DNA from: an uncultured Candidatus Saccharibacteria bacterium
GTDB taxonomy: Bacteria; Patescibacteriota; Minisyncoccia; Sungbacterales; HO2-52-23
Direction: 5' to 3'
Length of the DNA: 58,554 nucleotides
Assembly: GCA_964585475.1 (NCBI GenBank)
Contig: CAZPDF010000007.1
Span: 1 to 58,554, forward strand
Made by a program: the position numbers and the translations under genes. Shown here one piece after another: positions 1-8,366 of the stretch. A model generated the notes under the pieces. The model made no database searches, was not told the DNA's origin, and saw only the letters and a program-made list of their open reading frames with translations. The stretch's first letter is position 1. Every line of letters begins with the position of its first letter.

Positions 1-123
1 GGGGTTATCAATGAAAACACCGCTCGAAGTGATGCAAAGCTATTGATTAGAGAACGAAAGGGAGTACCAGCCACTATCGAGTATTACCGGAAAAACCCGC
101 GGCTGTTGGGCCGTTCGCGATAG
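1..123 (+). CDS. 3' end of an unidentified upstream gene (partial)
   Basis: Frame 1 is open from the window edge to TAG at 121-123. A hairpin with a T-run follows. Confidence 0.3.
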   Translation, partial: GVINENTARSDAKLLIRERKGVPATIEYYRKNPRLLGRSR

Positions 124-134
124 TAATCTCTTGG

Positions 135-157
135 GCCGCTTAATGCGGCTTTTTTTT
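135..157 (+). terminator. Intrinsic terminator-like hairpin
   Basis: GCCGC-ttaat-GCGGC followed by T8. Confidence 0.5.
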
Positions 158-232
158 CTTACATAGTTTGGTAGAATGGCTGTATGCGTCTTTACTAAAG
201 AGAATCTTCACTTTCAACTTTTAGTTTTTTAG

Positions 233-1642
233 GTGAATCCTTTGCGTTGGACAATCCTTATTCTTTTTTCTCTCTCCGCACTGTTCTTGGGGGTAATTTT
301 TGCATGGCCCGCTTCGCGTCAGGAGTTCGTGCGCGTGGAAATGAAGGGGGCCGCGGTTCTGGCCGAAGTTGCGTCCGATAGCGTCTCCAGAGTTAGCGGA
401 CTTTCCGGCAGGCAGTCGCTCCCCGAGTTTGGCGGAATGCTTTTTAGGTTTGATGCGCCCGGTCGGCACGGTATCTGGATGAAGGACATGAAATTCCCCA
501 TAGATATTATCTGGTTAGCATACGGCGCGATTGTTGATATTGAGGAAAACGTACCTTTCCCCGCGCCGGGTACGGCCGATTCTCTCCTGCCTATTTATAG
601 GCCGGATATTGATGCGGAATATGTATTGGAAGTAAACGCGGGGTTTGCCAAGAAATACGGATTAACCATTGGAGATCGGGCGCTCATCGCCCGCCCGGTC
701 GAGTATGTTTCGGCGGCGTCTCGCGGCAGTCAATCCGGGCCGGCGCCGCAAGCACGCTCCCTGGGACCGTCCGCACCGGATAAATATTTTATAGAGTTTC
801 TCCGCTCGCAGGCGCCTGCCGGGAAAAATTTCCGCATCGCGGATGTCCTCGAGCGAACGGACACCTATACTAAATTTCAAATTTTTTATACGTCCGGGCC
901 ACTTACACTTAGCGGAGTGATGAATATTCCTCTCGAGAATCCGCCCGCTTACGGTTTTCCGGTACTCGTACTTAACCACGGGCTTATCGCGCCCGAGATT
1001 TATTTCAACGGCCGTGGGTCTCGCCGCGAGCAGGATTTCTTTGCGCGTAACGGCTACATTACGATTCATCCCGATTATCGGGGACTTGCTTTATCAAGTC
1101 CCAACTTTGAACAGCACCACGATTTTTACGTGGGTTATACGGAGGACGTGGTTGCCTTGATTGATGCGCTGCACGAACTTAGGCCCAAACTTTTGGATCT
1201 GGAGCGAATTGGTATGTGGGGGCACTCCATGGGCGGCGGAATTGCGGCGCGAGTGATGGTTTTGCGGTCCGATATCCGCGCCTATGTTCTTTTTGCGCCG
1301 ATAAGCGCAGAGACAGAAGATAACTTCTTTGAGCTCCCGAAAGCGGAAGTTTCATGGCTGCGTCAAACTTACGGCGGCGCCGGCGCGGAAGTATATAAAA
1401 AAATCTCGCCGCTGAGTTTTTTTAATCTTGTGGGTGGGCCGGTTCAATTGCATCACGGGACCGAGGACAAAGATGTGCCCATAGTTTTTTCGGAGAAAAT
1501 GTACGAAGCCCTGGTTGCGGAAGGCAGGAAAGTGGAGTTTTTCAAATACGAGGGTGAGGCACATGAGTTCGCTGATGCGTGGCCGGTCGCCGCGGAAAGA
1601 GCGCTGCAGTTTTTTGATAAATATGTCAAAAGCGCTCGATGA
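233..1642 (+). CDS. DUF192-like domain fused to an alpha/beta hydrolase (S9 peptidase / dienelactone hydrolase-like)
   Basis: GTG start and N-terminal signal/TM segment. GMLFRF..WMKDMKFPIDIIW..VLEVNAGF resembles DUF192. C-terminal half has a GHSMGG nucleophile elbow and a late HEF. Confidence 0.7.
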   Translation: MNPLRWTILILFSLSALFLGVIFAWPASRQEFVRVEMKGAAVLAEVASDSVSRVSGLSGRQSLPEFGGMLFRFDAPGRHGIWMKDMKFPIDIIWLAYGAIVDIEENVPFPAPGTADSLLPIYRPDIDAEYVLEVNAGFAKKYGLTIGDRALIARPVEYVSAASRGSQSGPAPQARSLGPSAPDKYFIEFLRSQAPAGKNFRIADVLERTDTYTKFQIFYTSGPLTLSGVMNIPLENPPAYGFPVLVLNHGLIAPEIYFNGRGSRREQDFFARNGYITIHPDYRGLALSSPNFEQHHDFYVGYTEDVVALIDALHELRPKLLDLERIGMWGHSMGGGIAARVMVLRSDIRAYVLFAPISAETEDNFFELPKAEVSWLRQTYGGAGAEVYKKISPLSFFNLVGGPVQLHHGTEDKDVPIVFSEKMYEALVAEGRKVEFFKYEGEAHEFADAWPVAAERALQFFDKYVKSAR

Positions 1643-1853
1643 TCGCGCGGTTTCCTCGCCCCGCCCTTCGCCGCTCACAAAAGGGGAGCTCTTTTAATTC
1701 CCCCTATATAGAACGTATTAAGGAACCCCTTTTCAGTTCGCGGACGAAGGGCCGGGCTCGACCGCGCGATCGTGCCAGCTTGAGGCAACCCTCAATCTTG
1801 ACGCCATTATGGCTCTCTGCTACCATGATACTGGTCCCTTTTTCAAGGAGTAA

Positions 1854-2573
1854 GTGATGCGAAAACTCTTTTTATCTGCGGGAGTGTTTATCATTCTAGT
1901 GGTTGTCTCTCTGACCTTTTCATCCGGAACATATTCGGCAAACGCCGAAGTCAGTGCAGAGGTAGAGCTCATCAAACGACTTTCAAGCTGTGTCGACCAA
2001 AATCGAGTTGTGGTGGACAATGGCTGTTTGCGGACGACGTTCTTTCCCCGGTTGGGGCTTGGACCCAAGGGTCGGGTAGAGCGCGGACAAATTGGGTTTA
2101 ATTCAGACAGCAGATTCTTTTCGTTTTTGGTGCGCGAAACATCCCTTTCCGGAGGAACCACGGGCCTTTTCGAAGTAACTTTTTATCTCGAAAGGCATGT
2201 CGGCTTGGAAGGCGGTACTCACCGCAGCACATTTGAAGCGAGAAGCGGGCATCTTTACGGAACTATTCCGCACGATCATACGGGCCTTCTCTCCCTCTAC
2301 GACTTAGCGAACGGCGACCATCTGGTGAGTGATAATCATGGAAAGACGGTTGGTAGTATGGATCTTGAGTTAGACAAACGATGGTCTGCCGACCACACTG
2401 CAGCGCGTCTAGTTAATAGCGGAAAGTGGATTGGTTTTATCCTGCGAGAACGCCTGGAAACAGTAGAGAGATCCGGTAAGGGCGGTCACGCCTATCTTGA
2501 GTCAGCCGAAGACAGGCATAGAACTTTCGATAACATGGATTCCAAGCATCGGCTGCAGTTTCTCTTTAAGTAG
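1854..2573 (+). CDS. Hypothetical secreted protein
   Basis: AAGGAG RBS, N-terminal hydrophobic signal, no recognised motif. Confidence 0.5.
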   Translation: MMRKLFLSAGVFIILVVVSLTFSSGTYSANAEVSAEVELIKRLSSCVDQNRVVVDNGCLRTTFFPRLGLGPKGRVERGQIGFNSDSRFFSFLVRETSLSGGTTGLFEVTFYLERHVGLEGGTHRSTFEARSGHLYGTIPHDHTGLLSLYDLANGDHLVSDNHGKTVGSMDLELDKRWSADHTAARLVNSGKWIGFILRERLETVERSGKGGHAYLESAEDRHRTFDNMDSKHRLQFLFK

Positions 2574-2731
2574 CTATTTAGTACCACACGTGGCGCGGCC
2601 TCGTGTTTTTTATTTCTCTGTCGGAAAACCCGCCCCTTGGGGCGGGAAGCGGTTATCATAACGTCCTCATTGACCTTTTTAACAAGACATGATAGTTAGT
2701 CATTAGTCCCACGAAACCTTAGGAGGATAGC

Positions 2732-3340
2732 ATGCGGAGATTTTTCGTTGCCGGATCTTTCCTGCTGGTACTGTTCGGCCTAGTTGTTTATGCATTTTCG
2801 GATAACATTTGGCCGGCCGAAGAAGTCACGATTTCTTTCAATAAACTGGTAGTCATGCCGAATAAACAGGAACTCCAGTTTAAAGATAAGGTGGTCCTTC
2901 AATTCAGGGGCCGCAAGGGCAAGGTTATTCAATCGTCAGAACTCTTGCCAGCAGAATATGAGATGCAACTTGCGGAAAATGTCATCAGCTACGGGATCGG
3001 CTATAGATCTTCCACAGTGAGGTTCAATATTGCCCAGAGAAGGCCCTATTCTTCTCCGCGCGTTTTTCTTATGCAGGGAGAGTCCCAAACCGGACTTCCG
3101 CTCATCACCGGCAAGAATATTTTCTTTGACTGGAAGGTAACTGATGCGGAGAGCGCGATATATCGTCGGTACGAAAAGGGACCCGCGTATCCAGTTGTAA
3201 GATTCAAGACATCACCGGAAGCAGAGATCGAACTTTATCAGGATTGGGGTGGACTATGTCCCGCGTATTGTATCAAGGTTGGCGGTCATTTTTTCCAGTT
3301 CGCAGTTAGGATCCCCATCCAAGTAGTTGAGGTAAGATAA
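2732..3340 (+). CDS. Hypothetical membrane-anchored or secreted protein
   Basis: AGGAGG RBS and N-terminal TM/signal segment. Confidence 0.5.
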   Translation: MRRFFVAGSFLLVLFGLVVYAFSDNIWPAEEVTISFNKLVVMPNKQELQFKDKVVLQFRGRKGKVIQSSELLPAEYEMQLAENVISYGIGYRSSTVRFNIAQRRPYSSPRVFLMQGESQTGLPLITGKNIFFDWKVTDAESAIYRRYEKGPAYPVVRFKTSPEAEIELYQDWGGLCPAYCIKVGGHFFQFAVRIPIQVVEVR

Positions 3341-3436
3341 TTTCTCGATCATCTTACAGCGGCACCACGTGCCGCTATTTTTTATGCAGAAACACTGCTG
3401 TTGATTTAGAGAGCGCTGCGTGGTATACTGGTTTTT

Positions 3437-4252
3437 ATGAGCGATACGCTTGTCATAGATATCGAAACCAAAAAATCTTTTGCCGAGGTGGGGGGCGAGC
3501 AAAATATAAAGGAACTCGGCATCTCGGTTGCGGGCGTCTATTCCTATCTGGGCGACGCTTTTTTTGCATTTGAGGAACACGAACTCGGCAAGCTTGAAGA
3601 GATGGTGGCGGGTGCGGAGCACCTCATAGGATTTAATATTAAACATTTTGATATTCCGGTCATGGAGCCCTATCTTAAGAAAACCTCCTTTGATCGCCTT
3701 GCGGTGACAGATATTTTTGAAGACGCGTTTAATTTTTTGGGCCATCGGGTCGGCCTCGGCGGATTTGCCAAAGCAACTTTGGGGGAGGGAAAGTCGGGGC
3801 ACGGGCTTGAAGCACTTGAGTGGTTTCGCGAAGGCAGGGTGGAGGAGGTGAAGAAATATTGTTTGGACGACGTGCGGCTCACACGCGACCTTTATGAATA
3901 CGGGAAAAAACACGGACATATTTTGTTTGAGTCCATTAGGGATGGTAAAATGCATTCAGTTCCGGTGTCTTGGGGGGGAAAGACTCCGCAGCCGGTTCTT
4001 AAATTACTTGAAGAGGCGTTAGGGTTGAGGAGGCGGCTCGCCATAGAGTACGTTTCTTCGGAGAATAGCGATGGCTTGGGCTATAATAAAGCGCGGCTTA
4101 TTGATGTATATAAAATAAAAACTCACGAAATTGAGGCGTATTGCCATCTTCGCCGCGGTTTGAGAAATTTCAGAATAAAGCGCATCATGAAAGCGGAGTT
4201 AACGTCTGACACCTACTCAATCCCGCAAGATTTTCAGAACGTTCTATTTTAA
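3437..4252 (+). CDS. DEDD-type 3'-5' exonuclease (RNase H-like fold) with a WYL-like C-terminal domain
   Basis: Exo motifs VIDIETKK, GFNIKHFDIPVM and KYCLDDVRLTRDLY. The C-terminus, IEAYCHLRRGLRNFRIKRI, resembles the end of a WYL domain. Confidence 0.6.
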   Translation: MSDTLVIDIETKKSFAEVGGEQNIKELGISVAGVYSYLGDAFFAFEEHELGKLEEMVAGAEHLIGFNIKHFDIPVMEPYLKKTSFDRLAVTDIFEDAFNFLGHRVGLGGFAKATLGEGKSGHGLEALEWFREGRVEEVKKYCLDDVRLTRDLYEYGKKHGHILFESIRDGKMHSVPVSWGGKTPQPVLKLLEEALGLRRRLAIEYVSSENSDGLGYNKARLIDVYKIKTHEIEAYCHLRRGLRNFRIKRIMKAELTSDTYSIPQDFQNVLF

Positions 4253-4280
4253 AGGGCTTTGTCCAAAATTGACCCGCAGG

Positions 4281-4433
4281 GTCATCCTGAACCCTTCGTG
4301 AGTCATTCTGAACGAAGTCGAGCGGAGCGAGCCCTGAGCGAAGCGAAGGGGCCCTTAAAATATGGAGGAGATCCTTCGGCTGACGCCTCAGGATGACGCT
4401 TCGCGTCAGATTCTTCGCTGCGCTCAGAATGAC
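4281..4433. repeat. Two nested palindromic elements of the GTCATYCTGA...TCAGRATGAC family (intergenic)
   Basis: Forward arms at 4281 and 4302, reverse arms at 4388 and 4424. Followed by ACTCGCTACCAGTTC at 4446-4460. Confidence 0.75.
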
Positions 4434-4493
4434 ATTTAGGAGCACACTCGCTACCAGTTCGCAGAATTAAGAAAGCACTAAAGGGGATAAATA

Positions 4494-4988
4494 ATGAGCA
4501 AGACGGAAGACATATCGTTTTACAGCCAGAGTTTCGGACGAATTGATTTTGAAACCGTGATTGGCGAGATTGGAAAGTTTGTAGCGAAAGATCCGAAGCG
4601 GTTTTATAAAATCATCATCGGCACCGATTCGGAGGCGTCAAGCCCGGTAGCTTTGGTGACTGCGATAACCATCTGGCGGGTGGGGAACGGGGCGATTCAT
4701 TTTTGGACCAAAACCGAGGAGCGTAAATTCCATTCGCTCCGCGACCGCATTTGGCAAGAGGCGATAAGTTCGATCACCATGGCGCAGGAGGTACGCTCGC
4801 GTCTTCAGCTGACTCTGGGCGACGAATTCTTCTGGGACGGAAATGAAGTTCATGTTGATATTGGCGAGAACGGGCCTACGAAAGATTTGATTGATGGGGT
4901 GGTGGGGATGATTAGAGGATATAAGTTCGAGCCGGTGATAAAGCCCTACGCCTTTGGAGCATCGATTGTAGCCGACCGACATACCTGA
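4494..4988 (+). CDS. YkuK/DUF458-like RNase H-fold protein
   Basis: IIIGTDSE .. VTAITIWRVGNGA .. HVDIGENG pattern resembles DUF458. Called by eye only. Confidence 0.5.
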   Translation: MSKTEDISFYSQSFGRIDFETVIGEIGKFVAKDPKRFYKIIIGTDSEASSPVALVTAITIWRVGNGAIHFWTKTEERKFHSLRDRIWQEAISSITMAQEVRSRLQLTLGDEFFWDGNEVHVDIGENGPTKDLIDGVVGMIRGYKFEPVIKPYAFGASIVADRHT

Positions 4989-5048
4989 CTTAAACTCTAA
5001 AATCTAAATCCTAAACTCTAAACGCGAAATTCTAAACCCCAATTTAAG

Positions 5049-5067
5049 CCGCCTGGGGCGGTTTTTT
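5049..5067 (+). terminator. Intrinsic terminator
   Basis: CCGCC-tgg-GGCGG followed by T6. Confidence 0.55.
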
Positions 5068-5093
5068 GGCGGGTTGCACTTGGTCGGTTTTTA

Positions 5094-5819
5094 ATGTATG
5101 TAAAAAGCAAGATCTTTCGGGGGCATAGTATGCGCTGGGTGTTCTGGTGGTTGACCCAGCAATTTATGGGTTTGCTTTTTGGGGGCCTAAATCTTATTTA
5201 TCGTGCAACCCGCGGATGCCTTTTCTTCAAAATTGAAGTTTATGGAAGCGAGAATGTGTCGCGCCTGCGGCGTCCGGTGATCTTGGCAGCTGCGCCGCAC
5301 TGGACGTATATTGACCACTTCTTTCTTGCGGTAGCGTTTCTTTTCAACTTTCGGATTATGCCCATGCGCACCATGACTGCTGACTGGGTGTATAAGGTTC
5401 CTTTTTATAAACTGGGCTTTCTCCTTCGTTTGGGGTGTGATGCTTTGGGTGCATTTCAGGAAAGAAGGGGGCGCGGGTTTTTTACGGTAGCGATCCCCAC
5501 CCTAAACTCCGGACACAGTGTTGCTTTATACCCCGAAGGAATAATTCAGGAAGCGATCGGCATCGGAAAAATAAAACCGGGAACCGCGCGGCTTGCGCAA
5601 GATACGGGCGCCCAGATTCTTCCCGTGGCTCTCCGGGGCCACGAACACTTCGGGGGAATATATGGATTTTTCTTTGGCCGCCGCAAGATTAAAGTATTTC
5701 TGGGGCCCGCTTTCCGCATCGGCTCAAACGAAGATTTGGACGAGGCAACGGCAAAAATAAAGCGAGTTATAGAGGGACTTTACTGCGATAACGCCCGACT
5801 TTCAAAGTCGGGCATTTGA
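5094..5819 (+). CDS. Lysophospholipid (1-acyl-glycerol-3-phosphate) acyltransferase, PlsC-like
   Basis: HX4D motif (PHWTYID) and YPEG motif. The start may instead be the ATG at 5130. Confidence 0.65.
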   Translation: MYVKSKIFRGHSMRWVFWWLTQQFMGLLFGGLNLIYRATRGCLFFKIEVYGSENVSRLRRPVILAAAPHWTYIDHFFLAVAFLFNFRIMPMRTMTADWVYKVPFYKLGFLLRLGCDALGAFQERRGRGFFTVAIPTLNSGHSVALYPEGIIQEAIGIGKIKPGTARLAQDTGAQILPVALRGHEHFGGIYGFFFGRRKIKVFLGPAFRIGSNEDLDEATAKIKRVIEGLYCDNARLSKSGI

Positions 5820-5876
5820 CTTTTTAACTAGATTACTGTATAATTAAGTCGTAAGGTTCTAAATTTTTTCATATTT

Positions 5877-5972
5877 AAGCCGTTTTTCGATTCGGGGTTC
5901 TGACATAAGTACCCGACCCTCCTCGGCGTGCTGCCCTTACGGGCTAAGGGACCCCGAATCAAAAAACGGCTT
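5877..5972. other. 96-nt extended hairpin at the left edge of the GC-rich islet
   Basis: AAGCCGTTTTTCGATTCGGGGT (5877-5898) pairs with ACCCCGAATCAAAAAACGGCTT (5951-5972), 21 of 22. Inner GCCC-ttac-GGGC hairpin. Confidence 0.5.
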
Positions 5973-6160
5973 GCCTGCCGGCAGGCAGGCCACCCGGATC
6001 GGTGACTCTATGGACAAAGAGGAGTTTCCGCGGTAGGGGGCTTATGGAGGACACTCACAAGTTAGAACTAAGAGTGACATCCTCACATGGGTCCCCGATC
6101 CGGGCGGTCAATGGTGGCTGCTCGTAGTTCGGTGGCAATCCAAAGAAGGGAGGATCGGTG

Positions 6161-6466
6161 ATGGATGACGTGGACCTCTTGGTGACGATCTCGGAACCAG
6201 GGACACTAACCTGGGAGTTGCCCGAAGATCTTCGGCAACGCCTTCGTTTGGTAGACGAGTTCTGCCGGGCAAACCACGCCGATTGTCGTTGTGCGTTGGT
6301 CCTGAAGCAGCGACTCGAGAGTACCTTGGGCGCCTTTCTGTGCGCGGTAGCGGGGATGTATAGTCTCCGCGCAAACGTGGAAGAGGGCCTCAATGCGTTG
6401 AAGAGTTGCGTAGGGCTGGCGCTTGACGAGCTGATGCGTTTGGCTCGAAAGGAGGCGGGCCGATAG
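6161..6466 (+). CDS. Small hypothetical protein (islet ORF a)
   Basis: GGGAGGA RBS 7 nt upstream of the ATG. About 60% GC by eye. Confidence 0.4.
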   Translation: MDDVDLLVTISEPGTLTWELPEDLRQRLRLVDEFCRANHADCRCALVLKQRLESTLGAFLCAVAGMYSLRANVEEGLNALKSCVGLALDELMRLARKEAGR

Positions 6467-6647
6467 CTCCCGTCTAACGTCGACGCCCCGACACCAATCG
6501 GAGAATGCGTTGCTTCAAGCACGCATTCCCCCTCGATCTAAATTCATGAGTTACTGCTTGTGGAATTAGATCGGGTGGCCTTCGCCAATGTGGCGGAAGG
6601 CTAATGCCCGAATTTTCGAACTTTTCCAAAAAAGAGGGGGTGATCGT

Positions 6648-6872
6648 ATGAACTCTTTCTATGTTTGGTTGCTCAAGGACCCCGCCGACTACAACGACTG
6701 GGAGATGGCATTATCTCTCACTGGTCTGCAGCTAATCACCTCAACCGCTCTCTTCATGGGTGCTCTTGTCTTTGGGGCGGAGCTCATGCAGGGGGCGCTC
6801 GTGATCGGGCTTTCCGTGTGTGTCTGGTTCAATCGCAGGAGCCCGAAGCTGGCCGCAGTTGAAAGGGGGTGA
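6648..6872 (+). CDS. Small 2-TM membrane protein (islet ORF b)
   Basis: GAGGGGGTGA RBS and two hydrophobic helices. Confidence 0.4.
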   Translation: MNSFYVWLLKDPADYNDWEMALSLTGLQLITSTALFMGALVFGAELMQGALVIGLSVCVWFNRRSPKLAAVERG

Positions 6873-6877
6873 GTCGG

Positions 6878-7066
6878 ATGTGCACCGTAGTGCCAATCAT
6901 CGCCGCGTTTTCGCTCATGCTTGCCTGGGCTCTCTGGGCGGACCAGGTGGTTTCGCTCCTAACCGCCGTGGGAATTTTCTACGGCGTCGGGATTGCGGGG
7001 CTTCTTGTTGTCAGTTTCATCACCGGGAGCCGTACACGGCCTCCTGACGAGGACCCCATCGGATAA
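6878..7066 (+). CDS. Small 2-TM membrane protein (islet ORF c)
   Basis: AAGGGGGTGAG RBS, closely coupled to ORF b (stop at 6870-6872). Two TM helices. Confidence 0.4.
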   Translation: MCTVVPIIAAFSLMLAWALWADQVVSLLTAVGIFYGVGIAGLLVVSFITGSRTRPPDEDPIG

Positions 7067-7136
7067 CACGCGTTTTGGGGGGTCCACCAAACCCAGCTTG
7101 GCCTATCAATATTTTTTCCGGAAGGAGGTGAGTCAG

Positions 7137-7355
7137 ATGAAGAAGCTGTTCGGCATCATGATGGTGTGCGGGTACGGTTCGATGTTTGCGCACTACGGCC
7201 AGAGGCCGGTCCTTTCCGCGGTTCTTTTCATCACGATGGTCGTCGTCGGGATGGTGACCTCAGTCATCGCCTGCCGGCGCATCCTCCTCGTCCAGGCGTA
7301 TCGCTACCACGTCTTGGGACGGCTAGGCCGCGATCACTACTTCGGTGATCGGTAG
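7137..7355 (+). CDS. Small membrane protein (islet ORF d)
   Basis: GGAAGGAGGTGAG RBS and two TM helices. Confidence 0.45.
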   Translation: MKKLFGIMMVCGYGSMFAHYGQRPVLSAVLFITMVVVGMVTSVIACRRILLVQAYRYHVLGRLGRDHYFGDR

Positions 7356-7422
7356 TCGGAGGGCCACCGGCTCTTCGGCGCACCACAACCGTGCGGTGAA
7401 CATTTTCACATGGGAGGTATTG

Positions 7423-7644
7423 ATGCAGGGGACGGATAGAACCCAGCCCTTTCGGCGAAAGAGCCGGATACCCAAGGTAGTCGGCAGCGGGGAGGGCGAG
7501 AGAAAGCCCCCCCGCAGTGCCGAGGCCATTCCCGCAGTTCTCCTCTTCAAGAGGAAACCGGGCCACTTCCGTATGGTACAGGTGACACCGGAAACAGTTC
7601 GGGTCATTGAGCTTCCGGATCCTCCGGTGATCCACAGAAAGTAG
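7423..7644 (+). CDS. Small basic hypothetical protein (islet ORF e)
   Basis: GGGAGGT RBS. Arg/Lys/Pro-rich product. Confidence 0.35.
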   Translation: MQGTDRTQPFRRKSRIPKVVGSGEGERKPPRSAEAIPAVLLFKRKPGHFRMVQVTPETVRVIELPDPPVIHRK

Positions 7645-7999
7645 GAAGCACTCGGCGCACTGCCGCTCGTGTATCGAGCGAGCCTCGCTCAAGCGTGAGC
7701 GGGCCGTTGATGAAACGGCGTGACCCAGTCGATTCGCTTCCGAACCGGGGACGCGCTGTCCGCAGCGCGTCCCCACCCCATCCGATTCCATGACGAGGCG
7801 CGATCTTTACATTAAAATTAAATAATTTTTCAAAGCTTTCTCGCTCATGGAATCAGATGGGGTAAAAAACAAAAGCCGTCCTGCCAGTAGCGGGACGGTT
7901 TTTGTTTTTAGCGTTGTGTGTTCTCCAGAAAACGGTTATGATTTTTTTATCCTAGGCGAAACGAGCGCGGCTTCCCCGCACATTTTATCAACAGCATCA

Positions 8000-8112
8000 G
8001 AAGACCACGGGCTTGCCCGTGGATGAATGGTGGTCTTCGGTGCTGGATTTCGCTCCACGGGCGCGCCTTCAAGGCGCGACCGTAGGACAGGATACCACGG
8101 GCTTGCCCGTGG
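8000..8112. repeat. Cluster of CCACGGG-headed hairpins
   Basis: CCACGGGCTTGCCCGTGG at 8005-8022 and 8095-8112. CCACGGGCGCGCC..GGCGCG at 8055-8078. Outer stem 8000-8008 / 8030-8038. Confidence 0.6.
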
Positions 8113-8120
8113 AGCTTCAT

Positions 8121-8192
8121 GCCCTTGTAGTTCAACGGATAGAACGCAGCCCTCCGAAGGCTGTAATGGCAGTTCGAATCTGCCCGAGGGCA
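8121..8192 (+). tRNA. tRNA-Arg (anticodon CCG)
   Basis: Hand-folded 72-nt cloverleaf. Acceptor GCCCTTG/CGAGGGC, D arm GTTC-AACGGATA-GAAC, anticodon arm CAGCC-CTCCGAA-GGCTG, T arm GGCAG-TTCGAAT-CTGCC, discriminator A. CCA is not encoded. Confidence 0.85.
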
Positions 8193-8366
8193 TTATACGA
8201 ATTTAAAATACCACGCAGTTCTACGGGGCATACATACTGGGGGCCTAGCTGCCCCCATTTGAATTCGTGCCCAAATATTTGACTTTTTAGCCATAATCGT
8301 GTATAGTGTAGGAGTAAGGTCGCGGTATATAAACTTCATATTTTATGCTAAAAGCGGCATATTTTT

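Noticed and set aside
6055-7791. Long minus-strand ORFs (6055-6522, 7264-7791, 7323-7607) in the GC-rich islet.
   Set aside because: They are Arg/Ser/Pro-rich, lack ribosome-binding sites, and overlap plus-strand ORFs that have strong RBSs. This is typical antisense noise in GC-rich DNA.
7936-8282. ORFs 7936-8193 (-), 7947-8135 (-) and 8013-8282 (+).
   Set aside because: They overlap the tRNA-Arg gene and the palindromic hairpin cluster, and their repeated peptide motifs simply reflect the palindromes.
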